A stretch of DNA of 64,000 nucleotides from Fimicolochytrium jonesii (GCF_025526975.1 NW_026515678.1:372001-436000); one strand, 5' to 3'. Shown: positions 25,599 through 37,987, counted from the first letter of the stretch. Numbers and translations: made by a program. Notes: generated by a model from the letters alone, not told the origin.

Positions 25599-25953
25599 TC
25601 ATCACCAGTACGGGCACGTTGGGGGACATCCCTGATTGACACCCACGGAGAGAGGCGGAGAGCTGTCAAAATAGTGGTGATCGAGGCGGCAGAATATTAC
25701 GATCGGGGTACTACTGCGAATCACCGGTGTCTTTCATATGCAAATTACTGGCAAGGCCCACAAGTTTGTGAATTGCAATCCCGCACTGGCAGGCCAAATT
25801 TGGAACTTCGAGTGAATTTGGACTTTCCGGGTTCGATGTCATTTGTATTTACACGTGCATTTTTCAGGATGGTGAGATGGGTCTCCAAAATCGGGGAAGT
25901 AAAGGGCGGAGAGCAGGCTTCATGAACTAAGATGAATTAAGGGGAAGATTTGT

Positions 25954-28061
25954 TCACACGTGGGCCCCGAATTGAACTTGAGGGTAAGCCTGCCTGATGG
26001 ACTCGTAAAGCTTTGGAAGGAGGGAAAAATCCGATGAGGAGGCTGTTGAAGTTGAAAGATCGATTGCATAATTATAGCATACCTCTGGCTTAGTCCTCTG
26101 CAACGCTGCCGGGTCCTCAGCCAAGCACACAAAGGTCGTGACATTGCCCGAATCAATGACGTTCGACATAACGAAAAACTCCGATGCGCCGATAACCACC
26201 GCGAGGGACACGAACACCCCGTAATGCAAGCTGTTGTCGGGTATGTCTGAGAAGCGGACGTAAAGATAAGCAATGAACCCACAGATGAGGGCAATGAGGG
26301 TTCCACCCAGCCCAAGTACGGATCCAATGAGCTGGTCGTTTATGATCGCGTCCACCCCGCGCTGCTTGCAGAGCATCCACGTATCTTTCGCGGCGCGGAT
26401 GTAGTCCTTTCCGTACACCGCGACCTGCACGAAGGCCCATTTGTTGAAGTACTCGATAAGGCTCTCGATGATCCCGATACAGCAAGCGGCGCAGGCGGCG
26501 CAGAGGGCCGCGATGGCGTTGCCGTCCTGGGCGTTTTGGTCGGCGGCGATGCGGAGGAGTGCGCGGATGGTTTGCAGGATCGCGATGATGAGGGAGCCGA
26601 AGCAGATGCTTCCGAATGACGTCGTGACGGCACGCTTGGCGGAGGCTGCGGTCGGGTTTGATACCGGAACTGTGACTTTGCCGCGCGGGCCGCCTGGTTG
26701 GCCCATGAAGTAGTAGGTGGCGAAGAGACCGGAGACTGTTACGTGGACGGTGTTCTGTTGTTGTGAAGTTGAGTCAGATACCGCATCCAGAACAGTCGTG
26801 AGGAAATTACGATTCACGAAACTCACCGAAATCACTTGAGTGACATAGTACAACGCAAACAATAAAAACACGATTGCCACGTATCTCAGAGCATTCGACG
26901 GCGGGTTCTTGTCGTTGAAAAACTGCATCATGCCGGCGAACGTCGCAACCCACAGCGCGTTGAATGCTGTCACAAGAACCAAGCCGATGAACCCTGCCAC
27001 GAGGGTTCCAGGGAACTGAGTTGTGACAGTGGTGACGGTTTCGAGGATAATTTTCGCGAGGGGAATTCTGCTCCTCCATGACCAGAAGAAGTATGCGCTC
27101 AATGCGGCCATCAGCAACCAGATGATGGCGGCGCTCAAGATTCCGGCGGAAAAGTAGTAGACAGCCAATGCGACCAGGATGACAACATTGAAGACCATGG
27201 AAATTTTGATGAGAGCCCCAGCGAATTTTTGCATTGCCATAAAATACTGTTCAAATTGAAAACGCTTAGCGAAACGTGTCATCAACCCTCGAAGTATGTG
27301 ACGAGATTCATACCAGCACGGTGAGAACAGCTCCACTTCCAACGATGGCGGCCAAAATGCCTCCAGTATCTTTCGGTGTCAACGAGATCGTGTTATTCGG
27401 GTTGTTCGTGCCATTGTTGCCATTGTTTCCATTGGTATTCCCGTTCAACTTGAGATGCGAAAGTCCAACAGCCGCACAAACTCCGAAAGCTGCCAAAGTT
27501 GCGAGGAACAAAAGCGTTGCCCAAACATCCTGAAACCGACAGCAAACGGTAAGCGACTTGCAACTGGTGACCCCGTCTAAATCTCTTCAAAACCAGACGC
27601 AGCTCTGGTATCCCAGCTCCACCAAGCCATAAAAAAACGCAAAGAACCTTGCCACCCGTCTGACACCTCGCGGTTCCCGTCTAACTCTTCACGACCGTCC
27701 TTTCCCATCTCCGTCACGCACGCACCTTATATGCTGACGTTGGCTTGAATTTCTCCCCAGAATCCTGGGGAGGTGGCGGTCCCTGCTGAGGTGGTGGGTA
27801 GTTCGAATACTGCTGCTGGTTAGGATTATAAGCGTAAGGAGTTTGCGAAGGTGCCGCATAGGGGTTCGGTTGGTATTGCGGTTGTGGCGGGCCCTGGGGG
27901 TAAGGTTGCTGGGGCGCGTAACCGCCGTGTGGTTGATAGCTGTTCTGCGGCGGGTAGCCTGGTGGCGGAGGCCCCTGTCCATAGTAATCCGGCTGTTGCT
28001 GTCCTTGATAGCCGCCCATAAGGTTCTGGTCGCTTCCGTACTGATTGAGGTTCTTGGCCAT
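25954..28061 (-). CDS. PNS1: Pns1 / choline transporter-like (SLC44) membrane protein, multi-exon
   Basis: P/Q/Y-rich N-terminus, RAVTTSFGSICFGSLIIA, YFNKWAFVQVAVYGKDYIRAAKDTW, FVCLAEDP. Confidence 0.93.
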
Positions 28062-28616
28062 TCTGACGGAGTTCGAAATGCGCGCAAGGGATATATGGTG
28101 GTTATTCTATTTGCCGACCGGACGAGTGGCCCACACTTAGAGTATTAGGTTCCGCACTAGCTCAGTGACGCCGAGCTGACGTTGCTGGGAATGCCGCCTA
28201 CAGTACTGTACGTCGATGTTGTCGGAAGTTGGTTCTTCCTGTCGTTGAGCTGTCTGGGTGCCAACTTGGCGGCTTTCAACAAGTGTCGGTATCACCCGGA
28301 GCCTTATACTGTACAATAAGCTGGTATGGAACTGTTTTCAATCCATCACGCGTGCACCTCACATACGCGCTGACTTCAATAGGTTCTGCATGGGTTCTGG
28401 AACTCATAATACTAGGTCCCATCGAGCCTAATGCGATCAGTGAAAGCCAGCTACTCCTCTCAAATCTTGAAAGGAGGGTCAAAAGGCTTGGTATCTTGTA
28501 ACAACGAGAGTCAGTTTGGCATATCCTACGCTATGATTAACCTAGTCCTAAGCTATACAGATCAATCCCAAAAACGCATACAGATCCTCCGCCATAAATG
28601 CACAAGCAGCATCTGC

Positions 28617-31600
28617 CTAATATTCTATCATCCCGTCGTCATTATAGAGCGGGTTCTCAATCATGTCCACAGGAGGCTGATAAAGTGGGTTGCTCACAGC
28701 GTAAGCAGCATTCGTCATGTTGTCGGCAACTGCGCGACTCTGCAGCTCGTTCGCGGCGCCTCGTCGTCGGCGCATGAATACGATTGCAGAAACGACACTC
28801 AAAGCTCCTACACCTCCCACCACGGATGCGGCTGCGGCGGTGGTCGTTCCGGCGCCGCCGCTGCCGGAACCTGTGCCATCCGGTGTAGCCGTGACGGTCA
28901 CATATGTAGTCGATGTTTCTGTGGTTCTGACGACCTGCTGAGCAGTGCTGGTTGTTGTTGTGGTTTTGAAACTCGTAATAGTCAAGGGCTGTGCGGTCAC
29001 TGTGATTGTTGAGGCGGGTTCCCTTTCGGTGACGGTCACTGTTTCCGCGGGCTCCGTTTCAGTGACCGTGAGGGTAGATTCTGGCCCCGACACCGTGACT
29101 GTCGAAGCGGATCCCCTCTCGGTTACGGTCACTGTTGCCGCCGGCTCCGTCTCCGTGACCGTGATCGTAGAAGCTGGCTGCGACACGGTGGTCGTAGAAG
29201 CCGGGAGCGTCAACACAGAAACGGAAGTTACGGTAACGGGGGATGCACTCGCGGTCTCTGTCTCGCGGACAGTTACAGCTGAAGTGGCTGTGGTTGTCTG
29301 GGTTTCTGTAGTGGTGGTGGTCGGTTCCGCGACGCTCCTGAGTGTTCGGGTAACAGTAGAAGCGGGCTCGGTTTGCACATCGGTCTGCGTTTCACGCACG
29401 GTTGCGGTCGAAGTGGCCGTCTCAGTTTCACGCACGGTCGAGTATGATGTGGCGGTCTGAGTTGCCGTGGAAACCTGAGTCTCAGTTTCAGTCTGAGTCT
29501 GAGTTTCAACCAAAGTCTCCGTCGTCGCGATTCTCCTAGACTCGGTAACCGTCTGCGTCACCGGGTCTGCTGTGGAAGTCAGGTAAACGGTAGTGCCATC
29601 CTTCGTCGACCAGTACACCGCGGTCTCCGTGTCGACTTCAGTGCGAGTCGAGAGCGCCGTTGTGGTGCTCGTAACAGTGCTAGCGGGCTGCACGCTGATG
29701 GTCGTTAGGGTAGAATAGCTCGTGTAGTAAAAACTGTCTATTTCAGTTGAAATCAAGGTCAAAACTGATGTTTCCGTGTCGATTTCGGTCGAAATTTCGG
29801 TCGTGGTGCTCGTAACAGTGCTAGCCGGCCGCTCACTGATCGAAGTGATAGTCGAATAGCTCGTGTAGTAATAGTTGTCCACCTCAGTTGAAACGACCGT
29901 GCTCGTCGCGGTCGCAGTGCTGGTTTGCGTTTGAGTTGCAGTCTGAGTTTGGATCTGGGTTTCGGTTGACATCTGTATCTGAGTCGCGGTACTAGTCGCA
30001 GTGGCCGTGGTAGTCTGGGTATCGGTCAGCGTCGTAGACTGAACGCTAACTACGGTAGTCGCAGTAGTAGTCGTCGCAGTGATAGTAGAGGCTGGCGCGG
30101 TTGTTGTGGTGGTGGCGGTGTCGGTCTTAGTGCTCGTGGTAGCCGTCGTGGTCGTCGCAGTGACCGTAGAGGCTGGCGCAGTTGTTGTCGTGGTGGAGGT
30201 TACCGAAAGCAAGCTGGTGGAGATGATAGTGCTAGTTGTGGTGGTGGGCTGCACGCTCACGGAGGTGGAAACGGAGATAACCGTGCTAGTCTCCGTGGTT
30301 GACTGGACACTGACTGAGGTGGAGACGGAGTTGGAGACAGAGACAACAGTGGTGGTTGTCGTGGTAGGCTGGACGCTCACGGAGATCACGGTGCTAGTTG
30401 TTGTGGTAGGCTGTACGCTAGTTGTTGTCATGACCAGAGTCTCCGTCTGTGTGGCCGTAGCTGTCGTAGTCGCGGTTCTCGAGCCATAAGTGGTGACTGC
30501 GCATGGACACTTGTTCCAGAGACGAATACGACCATCGCTCTGACCAGCGGCGAGGTACGTCCCTGTGTCGGCGACAGCGCGTGCCAGCGAAGAGTTCGTG
30601 GTACCTACACCGGCTCCGTAGCTCCAGGCGAGACTGAATGTTGGCTTCAGCGTCCATTGCCGGATTACTTCATCTTTCCCGCTGGTAAGAAGATAAGATG
30701 CTCCATCCTTATCCATCTGGCCAAGGGTCCATACGGCGGCATTGCCCCCGGCGGGATCGTGCTTGAAAACCTGGTATGATTGCATAGTGGCTCGAATGAT
30801 GACGTGGACTGTGATAGGAGAACAAACAACCGGTCAGGATGCCTGCGCCTTGATGCATATGAGGGAGCCACCAACAATGACCCAACCATGGCCTGGCAAG
30901 AAACAACGAACGCTCACCATTTCCGCTGAAGTCACCAGCAATGACATATCTATCCATCACCAAAAGCGCACCCACGCGATATGAAGTCGTGACGTTATAG
31001 AGCGCCACGGGCGCGGTGGTATTGGCCCAATCATACTTGTAGACGGCAGTCCAGTTGTGTGGGCTGATGTAGGTGGTGTATACGTGCTGGCCATCGTAAA
31101 CCGCGCCAACCGCGTCGCCAAAACCACCTGGTACTGTAGCAGACGGAGTGGCAGTTCCAATATCCCATAAATACGCCTTGTTGTCCTTCGATGGAGCAAT
31201 GCTAATGGTGTCGGTGTGGGAAATTAGACTGGTAGGTCATCTCAGGCACGCACAATCATGGGTGGTGAACATACATCTGATTGCCATAAGTCTCCAACCC
31301 CGACAACAACTCGGTAGGGCCGGTGTATACTGTTCCGCTCGGTGACGCTCCTACCTGTTGCGTCGTGTTGTCTATGTTCCAGCTCCACACCGAGGAGTCG
31401 TTTATGCGCGCGGCATAAAGCACATTGCTAGGATGGACTGCCAGGGCGTCATGCTGATAGGTAGCGCCAATCGTACGCAATATCGCGCCGGTTGCTATAT
31501 TCCATTGAACGATCGTATTGTCGTAACTGGAGGAAAATAAAGTCGTGTTTTGTAGACCGACGGCGATGTCCCACACAAAGGCCGTGTGTACGATCATGTC

Positions 31601-31714
31601 CCGATAGGTATAGTTTGACGCGGAGGAAGAGACAAATTGTCCACACACCGCCGTACTCTGCGCAAAAAGAGCTACCGCTGTTGAGGCTATCGAGGCCCAT
31701 GCCTGCCACTTCAT
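28617..31714 (-). CDS. Type I membrane protein: signal peptide, extracellular WD40 propeller, Thr/Ser-rich stalk, TM helix, tail with two NPLY motifs (exons 31714-31275, 31228-30918, 30808-28617; ~980 aa)
   Basis: Two GT-AG introns give a continuous 2943-nt frame. WD blades: HTAFVWDIAV...SSSYDNTIVQWN, SKDNKAYLWD, TSGKDEVIRQWT, AGQSDGRIRLWN. Many N-x-S/T sequons. TM ASVVGGVGALSVVSAIVFM followed by RRRR. Confidence 0.9.
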
Positions 31715-31861
31715 CGCTCCGGGTATCATCACAGTGGGTCTGAAGGATTCCTCAAGAACGATATGCAATCACACAATCACTCGTCGATAAAGCCTGGCTT
31801 GATCGAACGGCGGGGATTAAATCTAAGGTTTAAATCTTTTCGGCGACAGTTGTTCGCAAGT

Positions 31862-31972
31862 TTCGCCCTCTCGAGCAGTGTATGCGAGACCGGGTATAAT
31901 CAAAGTTGGCAGAATTCGCTCTCTCCAGCAGTGTATGCGAGACCGGGTATATCCAAAGTTGGCAGGATTCGC
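31862..31972. repeat. Near-perfect 53-bp tandem duplication upstream of the receptor gene
   Basis: ttcgc.ctctc.agcagtgtatgcgagaccgggtata..caaagttggcag.a twice. Confidence 0.9.
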
Positions 31973-32842
31973 ATGACATCCGAGGCGAGAGGATGGCCCA
32001 GATCCGTCGCTGTTATATCGCAGTTCTGGCTTCCCACCGACACCGATAATAGGCGACGCCCCGTGAGTTCTCGGATTGGCCACTGCTGGTAAACCTAAAC
32101 AAGCGTTTGCGAAGGTTCCCCTATTAAGCCGGAGAGCTAGCGTCGGTAACATGCTCGTATTGCTTCGTAGGTTGCCGGCACCGAACACCGGGCGTATGCG
32201 CCCTCCAAGTCAATCCGGAGAAATGTGTAACTCAAAATAGTCGGAATGTGTCGAAATCCGTGTCATCACCGCTTCTTGCAGCAAACAAGCCGTTGGTAAA
32301 CCGGAGTATAGTTGCATCGCAGGAACCTCCTTTTCCGCGCTTGAATAGGGTTACTATTGTTCTGCAATTTCTCTCACGATAGTTTTGTGGCAAGATATGC
32401 ACGCTCGTAAGGAGGAGGAGGACGAGAGATGGGGATGCCGACAACAAGACCACGCGTGCTGGGACAACCCCGTTGCAAACGATACGAGATGGAGAGCAGA
32501 TGGAGAGAGAGGAAAGTCACATGCACGCGCAATGGACTTTTACTCATGCAGAAGCGCCTCACCTTTTGAAGTTGCTCCTTGTTACAATGTACCGCTATTG
32601 GCAACGGTGGGCGGACGGTGGGCTTCTGCGAAGTTGGTTTCCGCTGTTTCCGCCCTCCTTGCCCAGCTCCTTGCCAGCCTCCTTGCCCTCCGATATCGCG
32701 TATTGGTCGCGTATGCCCAAAAGGAGCTTGCAGTTCAGCTTCCAACCCAAGCTCAACACAACACTCGGCAATTCCGTAAAAGAAAACAACTCTATAGCTC
32801 AAATATCTAACGCATAACACAGCGCAGCGGACCTCCCACCAG

Positions 32843-35296
32843 ATGGCGCGCAACCTCTCGTCATCCTCCGTCGTCTTGTCCGTATCATCGACCCCATTAA
32901 AGTGGATAGTCACCCTATGTGCAACATTCAGCGCAGGCCTAGCGCTAGCATTTGTGGCGAGAAAGGCTAAGAGGCAGCTACCGAGATGTGACGATGGTGG
33001 GCATTGTGTTTCCTTTGCGAGCCGGCTTGTCTGAGACTTTGCGAAGCATCTTCGTTTTGACCGACAGGTTCCTCACATGCAACAGGTGTTCTGATAAACA
33101 GCCACACGCAATTCCAGAACGTGAGGGGGAAACGGCTGAGAACTGTCTTTATGGAGCATAAGCTAGGGAGACAGCTGCCTCTTATCGTTCTGATTCATGG
33201 AATGGGCGCGCAGGTCAGCTTCACTTGTAAAGTTTGCCGAATATCCCTCCTGGAAGGTCTTTTCTCATTGAGTTTGCAAACTCTAGCTAGGGCAATGGAG
33301 CGAGCAGATCAAGCATTTTGCGACCAACGCGAATGTTCTGGCGTTTGATATCGTTGGACACGGACAGGTCAGGATTTTGCAGTTGAGCGTCAGGAAGCGC
33401 ATGAGGATTCTGACATCAAATTACAGAGCGAACGGGTAGATACGTGAGTAGGGGACTTGACTTGCCCGGATTTGGAGATTCGGATGACGGAGGCATTGAT
33501 GGTGATCAACGCTTAGGGAGGACGCCTATACCACCTCGGCCATCGTAGAGGACATCTGCGCGCTGCTGAGCCTTTACAAACCCAAAGCGGATTCGTTCAT
33601 CGTAAGCTGACCCTTCGCCGAAGTTCGATGGAGGAGTGTACAATGCTGTAATGGCGTCTCGCTGACACGTCTCCAGCTGATAGGTCACTCATACGGCTGC
33701 AATCTCATAACCTTCTTATACCCCCACCTGCAAGATCTCATCAAAGCCATCATCTTCCTATGCCCGAAATCCACGCCAACGCCGCACGAAGTGGAGAAGC
33801 TACGGCAGTTTGTGAAGACGCCTACAGTTTTGGTGGATATACTGCGGTATCTGGATCGTAGAGGAGGCATTTACTCGCCGTCGGTAAATCGGTTGGTGGG
33901 GAAGGAGGCGTCGCCGGCGCTTAGAGAACGGCAGATTCAGTGGAATGCGGCGCATTCGACGCGCGTGGCGAAGTGGATATTCAAAGGCGTAAGCCCCGGT
34001 TATATCTGTCCTTGAAGTTATTCACCATCTGAACTACCCCGACACAGGCGCATTTTGCAGAACCCGATCAGTATGCAGCAATTCGGTGTCCGGTCTTACT
34101 GGTGAGTATTTTCTTGCCTCCCTTACGAATGTCTGACGCTCACCTAGCGATCTGAAGATTGGAGCGGCCGAGGACCTTGTATGCCCAGTCACAACGAATC
34201 TGGAAGTTGTCCATGCGTGGCTATCAAAGACGTCCGACACGGTGTCGGAACCGTTCATCATCCCAAATGCTGGCCACCAGGTTATGCTAGAACACCCGGA
34301 CGTTGTGAATGCTATAATGTACAACTGGTTGATAGAAACGGGGTTTACGAAGGTCCGTATGGCGATGGTGATGGTGGCCGGCTGCGACTGCCTGTGCTCA
34401 CTCGTTTTGCATTATAGATGGATCTGAGCTACCAACTGCAGTTGAAGAAGTCCGCTCAATCGAAGTGGAGTCTCAAGTATGTAACCGAGGTGGTGTATCC
34501 TTTCTCCGATCCAAAGAGCGGGTCTGACCTTTGCATCGCAGAAATTATGAGAAGTGGAAAAAAGTGGCGCCTGTTTCAGCGGTGCCAGTGAAAACAACGG
34601 TGACGATATCCATATGTAGAATGCTATACGAGATCACTGGGCTCATCATTTTCCGTTCCACAGCTCTTCCGGCCTATGAAGACAATGCAACAGGACGACC
34701 CGGAACATACCCCGCGTGTATTTGCCAAGGAGCATCCTGAAATAGGGCTGGTATGGACGCGGCTGAGGTAGTTTTACCCGAGTCGAGGAAAGGTTACAAA
34801 AATCCCTTCCGCAAAGGTCATTGACATATCCCGCGAAGCCCCACCATACGCCGCCGAATCCTTCAACAACACCACCTGCGTCTACCAAAAGCTTGCCACA
34901 ACATCCAAAATCCCACCAACGCGCGACGAAGTGAAACGGTTCTGCGAGGTCGCGCGCGAGTTTTGGAGAAAGAATCCGGACACGCATATCGGGGTGCATT
35001 GCCATTATGGGTTCAACCGCACGGGCTTCATGGTGTGCTCGTACCTCATTGAGCAGAATGGATGCACGGTTGCCCAGGCGTTGGCGAACTTTGCGGAAGC
35101 GAGGCCGCCTGGGATACGGCATATTCACTTCAAGGTGAGCTCACTCATCTATGGGAAAGGGGTGCGCCGGACAGCGCCTACATCGCGGTATATGACCTAA
35201 CTTGCCTTGTCCATCATTTCTCGGAAGGACGAGTTGTACATGCGCTACACGGCAGGCGTGATGCGGTCGCCCAATAGGCAAGCCAAAGGTGCATAA
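32843..35296 (+). CDS. N-terminally anchored alpha/beta-hydrolase fused to a Cys-based dual-specificity/RNA-triphosphatase-like domain, many exons
   Basis: TM-like WIVTLCATFSAGLALAFVA, LIHGMG, FDIVGHG, nucleophile motif GHSYG (33683-33697), NAGHQVMLE. Spliced in frame to VIDISREAPPY and P-loop HCHYGFNRTG (34997-35026), then EARPPGI. Confidence 0.85.
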
Positions 35297-35676
35297 AATG
35301 AGCTGAGCAGTAGAATAATCTACCGCCTCTGCAGAATAGTGCATATAGTGTGTGTGTCGATAATACACCTTCGCGTCTCGAGACTCCCGAATCCAGATCC
35401 ACGTCTCGCTTGTCTCGTCTCGAATGGATCCATTTGAGATTCCAAGCAAACACGTTGAAGTTCCAAATGGCGCGAGGGCAGCGTGTCTGACGTAAGCGTT
35501 CGAACACACGTCATCGCGATTCATGACTCCCAGACCTCCACACTTTCACACCTCTACAGGTTTGCGAATTTGACGATGATCTTGCAGAGATCGGACCCCT
35601 TCCGTCCGCTTTCCCTCCCTTCACTCGGAGCATCACTCCTTCCGTTCGCTACTTTGACCTGCCTTCACCCGCAACA

Positions 35677-37987
35677 ATGGCCCAAGAACACTCCAGCCAC
35701 CACGTCCACCGCGAACGAACCATCGTAAAGGAAGTCGAGGACGACGAGTTCGAGTGTGACGACCAAGAGTGCATTTCGTACGGAACACGCCACCAAGCTT
35801 CCCATAGCTACCATCCCCACTCTCAGAATGATTTCACTGCACCTCACTCATATAGGCTTGGTGCACGTCTGAGGAATCTGTTTGTAGGGCCGCCGGCGGC
35901 TGATGCTGACGAGGTTCTTGTCGAGCAGGAGACGGTTAAGGTGGTTAGGGTGAAGTACAATAAGGTAAAGATCAGGGTGAACCTAGGGTTGTGTTTCTCC
36001 AATTCGATTCTTTGACTGACTTCTACCAACCAGGATGGCAAACGCAACGGACACCTCGACGTCTCGACTGTCGACGAGGAGCATAGGTTAGGCGAGGCTG
36101 TGAAGGGGAAATACAGAGGTAGCGCGGGAAGCATCAGCACGAGAAGTGGGAGTGAGGTGGATCATGTGAGATACAGGGCGCTGAGCGGTGCGAATGGAAT
36201 CAAGCACCGGGTAGGAGAGACGGAGAGGGAGGTGAAGAAGCAGGTATGTCATGGTGAAAGAAGTACAGTACGTTTAGACATGAATGTGAGACTGATTTAG
36301 GTACTACGACTATGCAGCCTGGCAGCTTGCTCGGCAACATATGGTCAGCCGTCACCACCGCCCTATCCAGCACCGACGACCGCCACCGCGTAATCGAACA
36401 CCGCGCCGGCCGCAAATACAACAAAGCCAAAAGCAACGCATACGGAGCCGCCCACGATTTCAAGACTGAAGCGGATCGCGTTGCCGCAGATGCAAAACAC
36501 CAGGCGGGGAGAGCGGCAGAGAACGTACTTGACACCGTCCCGGACTTGCGGGATGTCGTGGAAGAAAAGGCTGATAAAGCGAAAGAACAGGCGAAAGATA
36601 CAATCGAACATGCTACGGATGCAATTGGGAAGGCTGCCGAGGAAGCTGCGCAGCGATATAACACCGCAAAGGAACGGGCGTCACAGGGCGCTCAACGGGC
36701 TCGTGAGACGGTTGAAGATGGAATCAAGAAGGTGCAGGAAACCGCGGAGGAGGCCGCTGCGTTGTTGAAAGAAAAAGCAGCCAAAGCGGCCGAGGCGGTG
36801 AATGAGACTAAGGAGACGGTTAAACACCAGGTCGAGGAAACGGCCGAGGGTGTGAAACGGCGGGTGGAGAACGCTGCGCATCGCGTGAAAGCAGAACTGG
36901 ATGAGACGGTCGAGGCTCTCCGCAAGTCGGCTAAAAACGCCAAAGGGAAAGCGCACAACGTCAAAGAAGGCGTCAAGGGTATTCCGCAGACACTCAGAGA
37001 AGGCGTGAGGGAAACCGCACACACCATCAAAAAGAACGCACATAACCTCAAGAAAGGCGTGGAACATACCGCCCACAATGTCAAGCAAGGGGCCAAATTT
37101 ACCGCCCAGGATGTCAGGAAACATGTCAAGCAAGGCAGCGAGTCTGTGCTCCACACATTCGAGAGCGCTGCGGAATGCTTGGGGACGCGCGGACCCAGGA
37201 CGCAGGGATGGCATCCCCACGCGGGCTTGCCGGGGTTGGGAACTTATGGCGGCCCGATTACGGGTACACCGTTCGCCAATCCTGTGCCTGTAACTGCGTT
37301 TTACACGGCGTTGAGCACCCTGTGGTTCGTGTGGCTTGCCAGGTACGTGATATCATCCCCGCCCCCCCCCCCCCCCCCCCCCCCCCCCAAAAAAAGATGT
37401 TCTCCGTTGGTTGAGCTAACACTGCGATCCTCCGCTAGCCGAGTCCACAAAGCCCGCACCCGCACTCAAATCTACCACGGCTCCGGCGCCCTCCAACTCG
37501 CCCTCGAATCCTCGCCCTCCGTCCTCCTTTCCCAAACCACCACCACACCCTCAACCTCCCAAACCATCACAACAACCCACGAAACCACCGACGAAACCCC
37601 GCACATCACGCATATCCACCACCTCATCCGCGCCATCGATGCCCGCCGCACCTTCACGACCACAGTACCGGTGTATTTGATCGTCCTGGGGGCGATGGAG
37701 CTTGGGGGGGCGTACAGGCCGCTGTTGCACATGTTGAGTTGGGCGGTTTTGGTGGCGAGTGTTGTTATGACTGAGTGTGAGTACTCCTTGCGTTCATATT
37801 TGGTTGTTGGGGATGGTTTGCTCATGTTTCCGACATTTTGATCATAGACGGGATACTCCAACCCACCGCTCACGCCCCCGGAAGCGCGCGCGCCGTTGGG
37901 GCTGGTATCACTGCGGCTATCGTCCTGTTTGCTGCCTGCAAGGCCATGTATCTTGTGGTTACTTGCGCAGGACGTCCGGTTGTTTGA
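35677..37987 (+). CDS. LEA/apolipoprotein-like repeat protein with C-terminal MAPEG-like membrane domain (exons ~35677-35963, 36034-36243, 36318-37342, 37439-37776, 37848-37987)
   Basis: A/K/E-rich amphipathic repeats (KAKEQAKDTIE, TAHNVKQGAKF). C-terminus PVTAFYTAL...RVHKAR...LIRAIDARRTF...VPVYLIVLGAMELGGA...LLH...YGIL...ARAVG resembles the MAPEG four-helix pattern. Confidence 0.75.
37362..37388. repeat. Intronic poly(C)27 tract
   Basis: Lies inside intron 37343-37438 (GTACGT...gctaac...cTAG). Confidence 0.95.

Noticed and set aside
37343..37438. Poly-proline stretch SSPPPPPPPPPPKK in ORF 36312-37841
   Set aside because: It is read-through of an in-frame 96-nt intron containing poly(C); donor, branch point and acceptor are all present.
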